In this document: positions 37,926 to 49,386 of the stretch, in pieces
How positions within the stretch are numbered: the stretch's first letter is position 1
Layout: the number at the start of each line of letters is the position of its first letter
DNA from: Chiloscyllium plagiosum
Taxonomy: Eukaryota
NCBI RefSeq assembly: GCF_004010195.1
Contig: NC_057758.1
Coordinates: 8,645,011 to 8,709,010 of the forward strand
Reading direction: 5' to 3'
DNA length: 64,000 bases
Notes under the pieces: generated by a model
Databases searched by the model: none
Told to the model about the DNA's origin: nothing
What the model saw: the letters and a program-made list of their open reading frames with translations, nothing else
Made by a program: the position numbers and the translations under genes

Positions 37926-39244
37926 GTATTCATATAGTTTATTCATGTGAATAGGTCACGGTGTGTTTGTGAGGAGTGTCTCCTTCTCACAGAGGGTACT
38001 GTCTGTCGGGAATTCTGTATTTCATAGAGGTAGTGGGGGTAGATCGCTAAGATATTTGGAAGGGGGCACAATGGAGATATGAGGCATCAGAATGTTGAGG
38101 GCTGCAGGGATTGAGCAGAAGAGAGGAGTTGAGGCTTTTGCAGATCAGCTATTAATATATTGAAAGTAAAGACACGCCTGAAGGGCTGAATGACGTATTC
38201 GAGTATTTGATGTGGTCTCATTCTGTTATTGGGAAGTTATTTTCCTGAAAATTCTGTTATTGGATATTGCAGTCAGGGAGACCAGAGGATTTTGTGGGCC
38301 ATCTCTGGTTGAGGTATGGGCGCTGTATTGACAGTGAATCTGAATCGGCAACATGACCAAGAAATGAAGACAGTTCTGTAAAGACAGAGGAGTGCGATAT
38401 TTCACACCGTCAACTACCTTTCTTTTCCCGAGAATATTGTCCAACGCCATGTCATATGTGTGGCAGTCTTCATCCGCTGAATGGTCTCCGTTGTTTCTGT
38501 GCACCAAGTTTGAGAGGTTCCTTGGAACATAGGAACATGGGACTGAGGAGAAGCATTGGTCATTAGACACTTTGAGCCTTCTCCACCAGGCACTAAGATT
38601 GTGGCTGATCAGGTTGTGGTCTCAGCCTCACTTTCCTGTCTGTAATTCATTGTCCTTTACCAACCAAGTTCGAAATAGCATAGCTATGAATTAATGCAAA
38701 CACACAGGCACCACAAACTTCTGGGGAAGAGCATTCCCACTCAAACAGACCTTTGTGCATTTCTCCTCATCCCTGTTCAGACTGGGTTTGGAGAAGTTTC
38801 TGTTTCATTGTCTATTCCAGCTCCTTCATTGGTCATGACACATTTTAAATGTAACTAAGATATGGCCGATGATATAGTTCTCAGACTAGGTAAGTTTCTT
38901 TGCTAGGCACATGGCAGGTAAATATCTTTAATTTGGCAAAGTAATTTACCAAAACAAACTTACTCAAGCTATGATGGAAAGATACATGGCAAGCAATGTG
39001 GACAACTATGTACATTAATACGTATCTTTCCATCTGTGCTGAGATGCGGTTTGTATACACCGAAACATACACAGACCCAGACATACACTGAGACAGTCAC
39101 AGTGTCACACACAGGAGCACACAGACACACGCATACACATGCATGAAGATAAACAGAAAAAGTCCTGCAGAATACCAGCTTGAAAGAGCTTTTCGTAGCA
39201 AAAGTTAAATTCAAGGCAAAAGGAAAATCGTGTACTCTAATAAG

Positions 39245-40955
39245 ACACCCGACAGGCATGGTCTCCGATTTCATAAAATTGATTTTATACCCCGAGAAAG
39301 ATCCAAATACATTAATCACTTGGGGCACCGATATCATCAAGTTAGTAAGAACTAGAAGAACGTCATCTGCATAAAGTGGGATCTTATGCCATCCTGATCC
39401 TACCTCCAGGGCAGTTTTATTGTGGTCCCTCCGTATGGGCTCTGCCAACGGATCAATTACCCATGTAAATAGTAACGGTGAAAGAGGACAGCCTTGACGG
39501 CTGCCTCTGCCATTGGTAAAATTGGCAGACCTTCTCCCATGAGTGAGATCCGCTGCTTTTTAATTATATAACACTGTCATCCACCTGGCAAAGGCCCCTC
39601 CAAGGCCAAACCATTCCAGGACATAAAAGAGGTATGACCATTCCACCGGGTCAAATGTTTTCTCTGCATTCACTACCAATCCTGGAACCGACCCTTGCTG
39701 GCATACCTGAACAATATTAGCACTCTTCTATTATTATCAGACGACCTGTGTCCCCCAATAAAAACTGTCTGGTCCTATTTCACAATGAAAGGCAAGACCT
39801 TCTCCAGCTTCAACGACAGCATTTTCACCAAAATATTAAAGTCCACATTTAATAAGAATATAGGCCTTTATGAAGTGCAATCCTCGGGATAATAAGATAA
39901 ACATTTCCTACTCTCAAGAGGATGGGAGGCAGTCCTGACTGTATGAATAATTGTACATATCCAACATTAGCCCAGCCAGCATGTGTATGATCTCCTTTTA
40001 AATCTCACTCGAAAATTGATCTGGGCCCAGAGCTTTACCACTTTGGAGCTGCCTCGCCGCCTTCTGTATCTCTTTGACTGTCAGAGGGGCATGCGATAGG
40101 GACACCTGCTCTGAGGTTACGCCTGGGAACCGCCCAGGAAAGAACTTCATGAATACTGCATTAATCTTTCTGAGATCGCAGGTGATGGTAACAGCACAGT
40201 CGCATTTGGATGTGATAGACTGGGGGCACTCTTCTTTCTGACCAAGTATGCCAGATATCTCCCCGGATTATCACCATACTCGAATACCCTATATTTCGCA
40301 AATGAAATCGCTCTCTTTGCTGTCTGGATGAGCGCAACGTTCAGAGCAACCCGGACCATTGTAATCTGCTGCAATTTAGTTACAGACTGTCTGTCAAAAT
40401 ATGCTGTCTCAGCTGCTGCTCTCCCTTCTACTGCTTCCGAGTCGCCGAATAAGAAATAATCAAACCCGTTGCATAGGCCTTGGCAGTCGAACAGAGCACC
40501 GTCGGATTACCTGCCGTCCAAATTAATGTACAAGATAATTTTTAAATTCCATGGAAAATATTCAATAAACTAGCTATCCTTCAGGAGGAAAGTATCCATG
40601 CACCAGCGCTGTGAGCCTGTCCCATCGCCACCATCCTTAACGTCCATGTACACTGCCACATGATCAGAAGTGGCTGTGTTCCCAATTCTACAGGACAGCA
40701 CTGAATTCAAAAAGGCCAATGGGACAAAAACATGTCGATCCTAGTTTGGCACTTACGTCCGTGAGGAAAAATGTTGAAGTCCCTACCCTAAGGGTGAACC
40801 ATCTGCACACATCCACCAGGTGCAGCTCCCTATTTAGATCCACCAGCTGCCTCGATTGCAGGGAATTATCCGCGAGAACCAGAAATATCCTATCCACCTT
40901 GGGATCCATATGTCGGTTAAAGTCTCCCCCCATGATTGTATGACGCCCCTCAAGG
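39245..40955 (-). mobile_element. L1/Tx1-clade LINE ORF2 (AP endonuclease plus RT), degenerate
   Basis: TIMGGDFN, SDHVAV, FEYGDNPGRYLAYL, GSRQGCPLSPLLF, LYADDVLL and SGYKINFMKSE, in the expected order. Confidence 0.9.
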
Positions 40956-40959
40956 GCGC

Positions 40960-42436
40960 AACAACCTGGAGAGCGCATCCGTTAAAATTTGAGATGTGTA
41001 CCAGGGGCAAGCTGGAGGACGGGAAACATTTTTGGCTGCACGAGTTGCTCCTTCTTTTGAGGTATTTTAGGTGCTGGAGGTAATTTCCACGAATTCCAGG
41101 AGCAGCAATTACCGTTTTATATGCTGCTGCATTGTTTTGGAATTTTGGGGAAAATAAAGTCAAAACAACAGCAGCTTTAAAAGGAAGAAGTACAGAGAAA
41201 GGAAGCACATGGTGAGGAAAGTGCAACTGAGAGAGAGATAGAACCTGCACAGTTACAGCCTTTGCTGTTTGAATTCATGTATCATTGGACATCGGAGTGC
41301 ATCTGGGAAAATTAACAAACATTGCATTTCACGACTAATCTTGGAGAAACCTGCTTGAAGTTCACAACATGGAATCAGATCAGTTTATTGTTGTTTTTAG
41401 TCTGTCCAGTAGAAAGGCTGCAGTAGTGAGTGCAGTGGGTTATTTCTTGATTATGTTTTTGTAGATAAGACCCTTGATTAAATTTAAAATTTCAGCCATA
41501 ACTATTAATTTACCTGGTGCAGTGTTTTGTAGAGACACTGGGTCTGTAGATTGTGAAGGAGCAAAAATGGCCTTTGCAGTGATATGTATTCTTGGGTTAT
41601 TTTCTGGGTCTGTAGATTGTGAAGGAGCAAAAATGGCCTTTGCAGTGATATGTATTCTTGTCACATGTGGGAGTTTAAAGAGAGTTTAAGTTTTACTGCG
41701 AATTATATCTGCCATAAATGCTGTTGGATGTGAATCTTATCTAATCGAATGGATCGGTTGGACAGACAATTAGAAGCGATGAGAAATTTCCAACAGCAAC
41801 AGTATGTGATGGATGGCAGTTATAGGAAGGGGGGAAAGTCTCAGTTACAGTCACAAAAATGGGTTAACTCCAGGAAGGTTAAGAGAGGTAGGCACCTAGG
41901 GCAGGATGTACCCATTTCAAAAGGTATGCTGTTTTGGAAAATGTAGCGGGTAATGGATTCTCAGGAGAACGTAGCACGAGCAACCAAATTTCTGGTATTG
42001 AGACTGGCTCTAATGCAACGAGGGATACGTCGGCTTCCAAGAGATCAATTGTGTCAGAGGATTCTGTAGTCCGAGGTACAGACAGACGTTTCTGTGGCCA
42101 GCAGAGAAAAAAGAGAATGGAGTGTTGTTTCCCTGGTGCCAGAATCAAGGATATCTCAGAGAGGGTGCAGAATGATCTCACGGGGGAGAGGGGTCAGCAA
42201 GAGGTCATTGCCCACATTGGAACCAACGATATAGGAAGGGAAAAGGTTGAGATTCTGAAAAGAGATTACAGAGAGTTTGGCAGAAATTTAAAAAGAGGTC
42301 CTCAAGGGTGGTGATATCTGGTTTACCCCCAGTGCTACGAGCTAGTGAGGGTAGAATTGGAGTATAGAGCAGATGAATGCATGGCTGAGGAGCTGGCACA
42401 TGGGAGAAGGATACACATTGTTCGATTATTGGAATC
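40960..42436 (+). mobile_element. CR1-like LINE 5' UTR and ORF1 (Cys-rich N-terminus, coiled coil, SGNH esterase)
   Basis: EDSVVRGTDRRFCG...CCFPGARIKDISERVQ...AHIGTNDIG. Confidence 0.88.
41538..41660 (+). repeat. Perfect 57-bp direct duplication with 9-bp spacer
   Basis: 41538-41594 is identical to 41604-41660. Confidence 0.95.
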
Positions 42437-43295
42437 TGTTGTGGTTCTGTTCGCCGAGCTGGGAATTTTTGTTGCAGACGTTTCGTCCCCTGTCTGGGTG
42501 ACATACACAGTGCTTGGGAGCCTCCTGTGAAGCACTTCTGTGATGTTCCCTCCGGCATTTATCGTGATTTGTATCTGCCGCTTCTGGTTGTCAGTTCCAG
42601 CTGTCCGCTGCAGTGGCTGGTATATTGGGTCCACCTCGATGTGCTTATAGATTGAATTAGTGGATGAGTGCCATGCCTCTAGGAATTCCCTGGCTGTTCT
42701 CTGTTTAGCTGGTCATATAATAATAGTGCTGTTCCAGTCGAACTCATGTTGCTTGTCATCTGCGTGTGTTGCGACTAAGGATAGCTGGTCATGTCGTTTC
42801 GTGGCTAGTTGGTGTTCATGGATGCGGATCGTTAGCTGTCTTCCTGTTTGTCTTATGTAGTGTTTTGTGCAGTCCTTGCATGGGATTTTTTTTACAATAC
42901 AATGGTTTTGCTCATGCTGAGTATCGGGTCCTTCATCCTGCTGAGTTGTTGTCTGAGTGCGGCTGTTGGTTTGTGTGCTGTTATGATTTCTATTGGTCCC
43001 AGTAGTCTGGCTGTCAGTGCAGAAATGTTTTTGATGTATGGTAATGTGGCTAGTCCTTTGGGTTCTGGCATGTCCACATTCTGTTGTCTTTCCCTAGACA
43101 TCTGTTGATGACATTGCGGGGTATCCGTTTTTGGCGAATACATTGCATAGGGGTTCTTCTTCCTCTTTTTGCAGTTCTGCTGTACTGCAGTGTGTTCTGG
43201 CCCTTTTGAACAGTGTCTTGATGCAACTGCCTTTATGTGTTTGGGGTGATTGCTTTCGTAGTTTAGGACTTGGTCTGTGTGTGGGGGTTTCCTGA
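42437..43295 (-). mobile_element. Penelope-like element (Poseidon-type) 3' part with GIY-YIG endonuclease
   Basis: ATLPYIKNISALTARLL..AHKPT, then IPCKDCTKHYIRQTGRQLTIRIHEH and REFLEAWH. Confidence 0.88.
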
Positions 43296-43399
43296 ACGGT
43301 GGCGCAGGCTTGAAGGGCCCGATGGCCTACTCCTGCTTCTAGTTTGTACGTTCTTATTTAAATGGGTCAACATGAAATGGGAATCATATTTGAGAAACT

Positions 43400-44695
43400 G
43401 ACTGATCGATGCATACAGAGAAGAAATGGATGCAATGTATTTAGAGTTTCAGAAAGAGCTTGATAAAGACTATGGTCGATTGTGAAAACTCAAATGTTCC
43501 GGAATTGGCACTAAAATATGAACATGATTTTAGAATAGGAGAAAGAGTGAACAGGAATAAAATAATTTGTTTTGAAGTTGAAGGATCATGGCGTGTTGTC
43601 GGGATTAGTGATTGTGACACAGCTATTCTCAATTCATGTCAATTCATGCAATATTTCTCAGTCTGCTGACAGCACTAAATGAGGTCGGATTGTTAGTGGG
43701 TGAGGAGGATTTTAAAAAAGCTCCCAAGTGATTGAGACAACTGGAGTGAAATGGATGGCAGATGAAGATCAATGGGGGTGGATGTGACGGTGTGTACTGT
43801 GATAAGTACAATAGAACAGCAATCTATCAGTTGAAAAGGGATTGGACGAAACATTTTGGTCTTTAAAGGGATTTAAATTTTTTTCATTTTTTTTCCTGCT
43901 GCGCAGCCCTCCGTGTCCATGCAGGACAGTGAGTTCTGAACCCAGAAGTCAATCCTGGAAATGGCATTGGCACTCTGGCTAGTGTACACAAACCCACCAA
44001 GTGGGGAGCTGTAACATTGAAAAGGATCTGTATCTCCTTGTACACCAGTCACTGATATCAATATTGCAAGAGCAGAAAGCAGGCGGGAAGATAAATGGTG
44101 TGTTGACCTTAAATTCTAGTGGATTGATGGCTCGAGTAAGGGCGTCTTACTGCAGCTGTACAGGGCCTCGGTGAGAGCCCATCTCGAACATTGTGCAGTA
44201 TTGTGTGCAGTATTGGTCTCCTTACGTAATAAGGGACAAACCTGACATTGAGGGAGAGCAGTGAACGATGACCAGACTGATCTCTGGAATGACAGGCTTG
44301 TTGTGAGAGCAGAGTTTGGTGCGATTTTGCCTGTATTCCATGGAATTTAGGAAAATGAGTGGAGATCTCAGTGAAACATATAAAACTGACAGTGTGAGAC
44401 ATATTGGAAGTAGGGATGATAATTCCCCTGATTGGGACGTCGAAAACAAAGGGCCACAGTATTAGGTACAGGCAGGGCACTCTGCATTGAGATGAGAATA
44501 AACTTCTGCACTAAGTGACTGGTGACTCTGGGGATTTCTCTCCAACATAAGCTGTGCAACACAAGGCACTGAATATGAGTAAGGATTTCTGGACACGAAA
44601 GGGAGCGGGAGGCATCAGGGGTATGGCTGCAACACACTCTCAGATGTTCGGAAGTAGGCCTCTGCAGGGTCAACAGGACTGTATTTCCCATTCCC
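43400..44695 (+). mobile_element. CR1-like LINE RT and 3' end, degenerate
   Basis: LQLYRASVRAHLEHCAV-like segment at ~44150, plus the CR1 tail. Confidence 0.7.
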
Positions 44696-44819
44696 TTTTC
44701 TGACACTGAGGCTGGTGCTGGAATTTCTGTCAGTTTTATCCTTCCAAACCTCGGAGCAGTTTGAAACAATGTCGTGTCTTGCTTGACCGTTTTAGAGACC
44801 ATTGAAAAGTTTATCACAT

Positions 44820-45860
44820 GCGTATCTGTCTAGAGTATCATTTAGGCCAGACTAGGAATGCATGGAATTCACCAGGCCAGAATTCACTTCCTGAACGAAC
44901 ATTGATGAAGCAAATTTGAGTTTGCAATCGATATTGATTTCAGCATCACCGTTACTGATACCAGATTTTAGATCTCCATATTTTCTTATTTGTTGTTAAC
45001 TTCCATCAGCTGCCAGAGCATTAGCCTGGTCTGGATTAGTAATCCAGTGACATTTCCACAACAGCACCATCTCCACGTAGGGACCTATTGGAAAACACAA
45101 TGAGCTCGTTATTACTGTGCAGTTTGATAGATCTGTCAAAAAAAACTTCTCCCAGTTTAACTATCGTGATGGGACGGAGCGGGTGGCAAATGGCCAGATT
45201 GTAATTATTCGCCTCTTAGGGGTCTGGACATCGCCGAGTAGTTTTCCACATTGCCAAGAAGATGTCAGAGTTAGAGCTGGAATGAATACCTTCTCCAGGG
45301 ACACAGCTTGTTGTGCAGCACAAATCCTCATTGTTCTTACAGGAATGGTGGCCGGGCCCAATGCCTTTGTCGTATCCACTTTGTTCATCTGTTTCTTCAT
45401 GTCACTTACAGCAAATCAAATTGATTGAAAATGGGCATCTGTGAATCTGTGGGCATCATGGCGAGGGAAAGGTGGATCATCCACTCAACACGTCTGGCGG
45501 AATATCTTGCCAAAACTGCATCCTTATCTTTTACTCTGATGTACAGGACTGTTCCATTATTTAGAATGGGGAAAGTAGTGGAGACCTCTCCTCCATGAAA
45601 TTGTTTAGCAGTCCATCACCATTTATGACTGGTTTGTTGGTGTTGGCATCATTACACCTTCTCTATCACATGTTATTGCTGCTGTTTGGAATGCAGGCAA
45701 TCAATTGTGGTAGCTTTAACGAGTTGTCGTCAGGTTTAGGTACACACGATTGGGACACTGGCACGTTCACCGATACATCACTGAACCATAGATCAAATTG
45801 GTTGGAATGGTAAATTGAGGGATTATCCCAAGAAAAAACGTTACAGATTGTGCTTGAATT
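44820..45860 (-). mobile_element. SINE (family of 10785-11122, ~44820-45075) followed by a LINE ORF2 fragment (~45100-45860)
   Basis: ggattagtaatccagtg is the SINE head in reverse. The ORF reads MKKQMNKVDTTKALGPATIP (KAxGPD motif). Confidence 0.65.
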
Positions 45861-46029
45861 TAATTCTGCTTCTTCTGCTGCTGTGGTCTGCAGAAGCACA
45901 TCAACCTCAGGAATACTCTATTTAAGACAGTTTGGAGAATTAGATATTTTAAAGTATTTGCAGATGAGTTTAGACTTGGAAATGAATTGAGTGAAATGAA
46001 AGACTAGTGATGAAGGAAGAGTGAAAGAG

Positions 46030-47455
46030 CCATAGATTCTTTGAAATTTACAACATGCAAACAGATCTTTTTGTCCAACTCGTCAATGCACCCCTGGTTT
46101 CCTCAAATGAATGATTACTATTTTTATTCTTTTGACACAGACCCCTCCAAACCTTTCATAATCATGTACACATCCAATTGTCTTTCAGATGTTGTAATTG
46201 TACTCCCCAATGCCACTTCCTCTGACAGTTCGCTACACATACACACTACCCTCTTTGAGAAACAACGGTCCCTTAGATCTCTTTTAAATGTCTTCTCTCT
46301 CACCTAAAACCTATCCTCTCTGTTCCTGGACACACCCACCCGGAGGACATGATCTTGTCTATTCATCCTATCCATGTGTCTCATGATGGAGTAAAGGTTA
46401 CCTCTCAGCTTCCAACACAAAAGGAACAAAATCCCAGCCTATTCTTATATCTCAAAACCTCCCGTCTCCGTCACATCATTTTAAACATTTTTGTCCCCTT
46501 CCCAATTTATAATATCCTTTCTATAGCAGGGTGACAAGAATTGCTTCAAATGTGGCCTTACCATTCTCTTATAGAGCCACAACATGATGTGCCAATTCCT
46601 GTAAGCAATGCTCTGACCAAAGCAAGTCAGCTTGCCTTACGCCTTATTCACTGCCCTGTCAATCTGCGACTCCACTTTCACGGAACTATGAACCTGGAAT
46701 CCCTGTTGGCAAAACTCCCCAGAACGCAACCATTTTCTTTATAAATCCTACAATCGTTTGTCTAACAAAATGCAACGTCTCGCATTTATCTGCATGAAGC
46801 ACCATCAACCAATCCTCAGCCCACTTTGTCAAGTAGATCAAGATATCTTTGTTCTCTAAGACAACCTTCTTCACTGTCCAACATAACTCCAATTTTGGCG
46901 GTTTCATCTCCAAATTACTACCCACGGTTCCAAAGTTCTCATCCAAACCATTTACAAAAACAATGAACAACAGCAGCCTGGTCCGTGTGGCACAACGCTG
47001 GACACAGGCCACCAATTGGAACAGCAAATCTCTCCCAGCACCCTCTGTCTCCTACGGTCAAGCCAGTTTTGCATCTAATTGAATAGCTCTCCCTGATCTC
47101 GTGTGATCTAACCTTATTATGTGGAATATTGTTGGGCCTCACTAAGGTCCACGTAGACAACGTATGCTGCTTTACATTCATCTATATCCCGATCACCTCT
47201 TCAAAAACTGCAATATAGATTGCGAGACATGGATTCCGGACATAAAGCCGTGCTGAATATCCCTAATCAGTCTTTACCTTTCCAAATGCATGTAAATACT
47301 GCCTCTCAGAATCTTCTGCAAACATTTATCCACCCTTGACATTAAACTCACTGGTCAGTAGTTCCCTGGGTGTCCTTGCAGCTAATTTACAAATAATATA
47401 ACGACATTAGCTGTCTTCCTGTCCTCCAGGACCTCAACCGTGGCTGTCAATGATA
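46030..47455 (-). mobile_element. CR1/HER1-like LINE ORF2 3' half and tail
   Basis: LLFIVFVNGLDE, KWAEDWLMVLHADKCETLHF and the typical tail. Confidence 0.88.
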
Positions 47456-47568
47456 CGTATAAGAAAGTCAAGAGACTGCAGATTTCGTAAACCAGAAACT
47501 AAGACAGTAATTTGCTGGAAAGTCTCTGCAGGTCTGGTAGCATCTGTGCAGAGAAATCTGAGTTAATG

Positions 47569-47953
47569 TGTTACAACACGAGGGAAAACCTACACCCCAC
47601 CCTACGCTAATTTAAACGTGCAACAAAGAAAAGGTTTAATCCGTGCTGTAATCTGTAAAAATTCGGAAGGCCAATAACCAACCCAAAGGTCACTAATTAA
47701 AATAAACATTAACAACTTTTTTAAAAAAAAATCTCGAACAGAGAATAATTAACTAACAGCTATTTGCAACTCCTTTTCCTGACCTATATTTTACTTTCCC
47801 TTCTACAATACTAGTCCGGTAATCCCACCCCCTTTAAGATATACCAAAACATTCAAATTTCAGAACCAGCCGGCTGTCGAATCTTTTCTTTGTATCTTCC
47901 TCTGTCTTCTTTTCTTCTGGTTAGAGTTTCTATTTCACAGGTCATTGATAAAT
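47569..47953 (-). mobile_element. Truncated LTR (possible 3' LTR of the Gmr1-like element)
   Basis: Starts TGTTACA on the + strand, is similar to 29192-29520 and 52584-52930, and is cut by the Penelope insertion. Confidence 0.7.
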
Positions 47954-48048
47954 AAAGGAGAAAGTGAGGACTGCAGATGCTGGAGATCAGAGCTGAAAAT
48001 GTGTTGCTGGAAAAGCGCAGCAGGTCAGGCAGCATCCAAGGAGCAGGA

Positions 48049-48086
48049 GAATCGACGTTTCGGGCATAAGCCCTTCTTCAGGAATC
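48049..48086 (-). ncRNA. Minimal type I hammerhead ribozyme motif
   Basis: Minus strand reads GAUUC CUGAAGA A GGGC-UUAU-GCCC GAAA C GUC^ GAUUC. Confidence 0.75.
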
Positions 48087-48271
48087 AGGAAAGTGTGTCC
48101 AGCAGGTTAAGATAAATGGTAGGGAGGAGGGACTTTGGGGAGGGGCGTTGAAAATGCGATAGGTAGAAGGAGGTCAAGGTGAGGGTGTTAGGCCGGAGTG
48201 GGGGTGGGAGAGGAGAGGTCAGGAAGAAGATTGCAGGTTAGGAAGGCAGTGCTGAGTTCGAGGGATTTGAC

Positions 48272-48378
48272 TGCACCTCCTGCGGTTGCAGGGGAAGGTG
48301 GCGCAAGTCTTGCACCTCCTGCGGTTGCAGGGGAAGGTGGCGCAAGTTTTGCATTTCTTGCGGTTGCAGGGGAAGGTG
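48272..48378 (-). repeat. 39-bp tandem repeat (~2.7 copies) encoding ATFPCNRRRCKTC
   Basis: Unit tgcacctcctgcggttgcaggggaaggtggcgcaagtct. Confidence 0.95.
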
Positions 48379-49386
48379 CCGGGAGTGGAGGTTGGGTTGG
48401 TGGGGGGTGTGGATCTGACGAGGGAGTCACGGAGGGAGTGGTCTTTTCGGTACGCTGATAGGGGAGGTGAGGGAAATATATCCCTGGTGGTGGGGTCCGA
48501 AAGGAGGTGGCGGAATTGACGGCGGATGATACGCTGGACATGGAGGTTGGTGGGGTGGTAGGTGAGGACCAGTGGGGTTCTGTCCTGGTGGCGGTTGGAG
48601 GGGCGGGGCTCAAGGACAGAGGAACAGGAAGTGGAAGAGATGCGGTGGAGGTCATCGTCGACCACGTCTGCGGGAAATTGCGGTCCTTGAAGAAGGAGGC
48701 CATCTGGGTTGTACGGTTTTGGAAATGGTCCTCCTGGGAGCAGATGCGGTAGAGACGAAGGAATTGGGAATATGGGATGGCGTTTTTACAGGAGGCAGAG
48801 TGGGAGGAATTGTCATCTAGGTAGCTGTGGGAGTCGGTCGGTTTATCGTAAATGACTGTGTTGATTCGGTCGCCCGAGATAGAAATGGAAAGGTCGAGCA
48901 AGGGGAGGGAAGCGTCTGAGACGGTCCAGGTGAATTTGAGGTCGGGATGGAAGGTCTTGATAAAGTGGATGAACTGTTCGACCTCCTGTTGGGAGCACGA
49001 GGCAGCGCCGATACAGTCATCGATGTAGAGGAGGAAAAGGTGGGGGGTGGTGCCAGTGTAGCTGCGGAAGATGGATTGTTCCGCATATCCTACGAAGAGG
49101 CAGGCATAGCTGGGGCCCATGCGGGTGCCCATGGCTACTCCTTTGGTTTGGAGGACGTGGGAGGATTGGAAAGAGAAGTTGCTCAGGGTGAGGACCAGTT
49201 CAGTCAGTCGAAGGAGGGTGTCAGTGGAAGGGTACTGGTTGGTACGGCGGGAAATGAAGAAGCGGAGGGCTTTGAGACCTTTGTGATGGGGGATGGAGGT
49301 GTACAGGGACTGGATGTTCATGGTGAAGAGGGAGAAGATGACTGACTGAACTGCTCCTCACCCTGAATATCTTCACCATGGACATC

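Larger units (their letters stand above)
47955..49339 (-). mobile_element. Penelope-like element (Neptune-type), 5'-truncated: RT core, Cys linker, endonuclease deleted, terminal repeat
   Basis: ORF 48188-49321 reads SLYTSIPH, QTKGVAMGTRMGPSYACLF, YIDD, LLDL, YDKPTDSHSYL and IPYSQFLRL. After a frameshift near 48670 it continues RTPLVLTYHPT and CNRKKCKTC. Confidence 0.93.

Noticed and set aside
48272..48378. Regular direct repeats suggestive of a CRISPR-like array (also 41538-41660)
   Set aside because: The repeats are tandem or have only two copies, with no unique spacers, in eukaryotic TE context.
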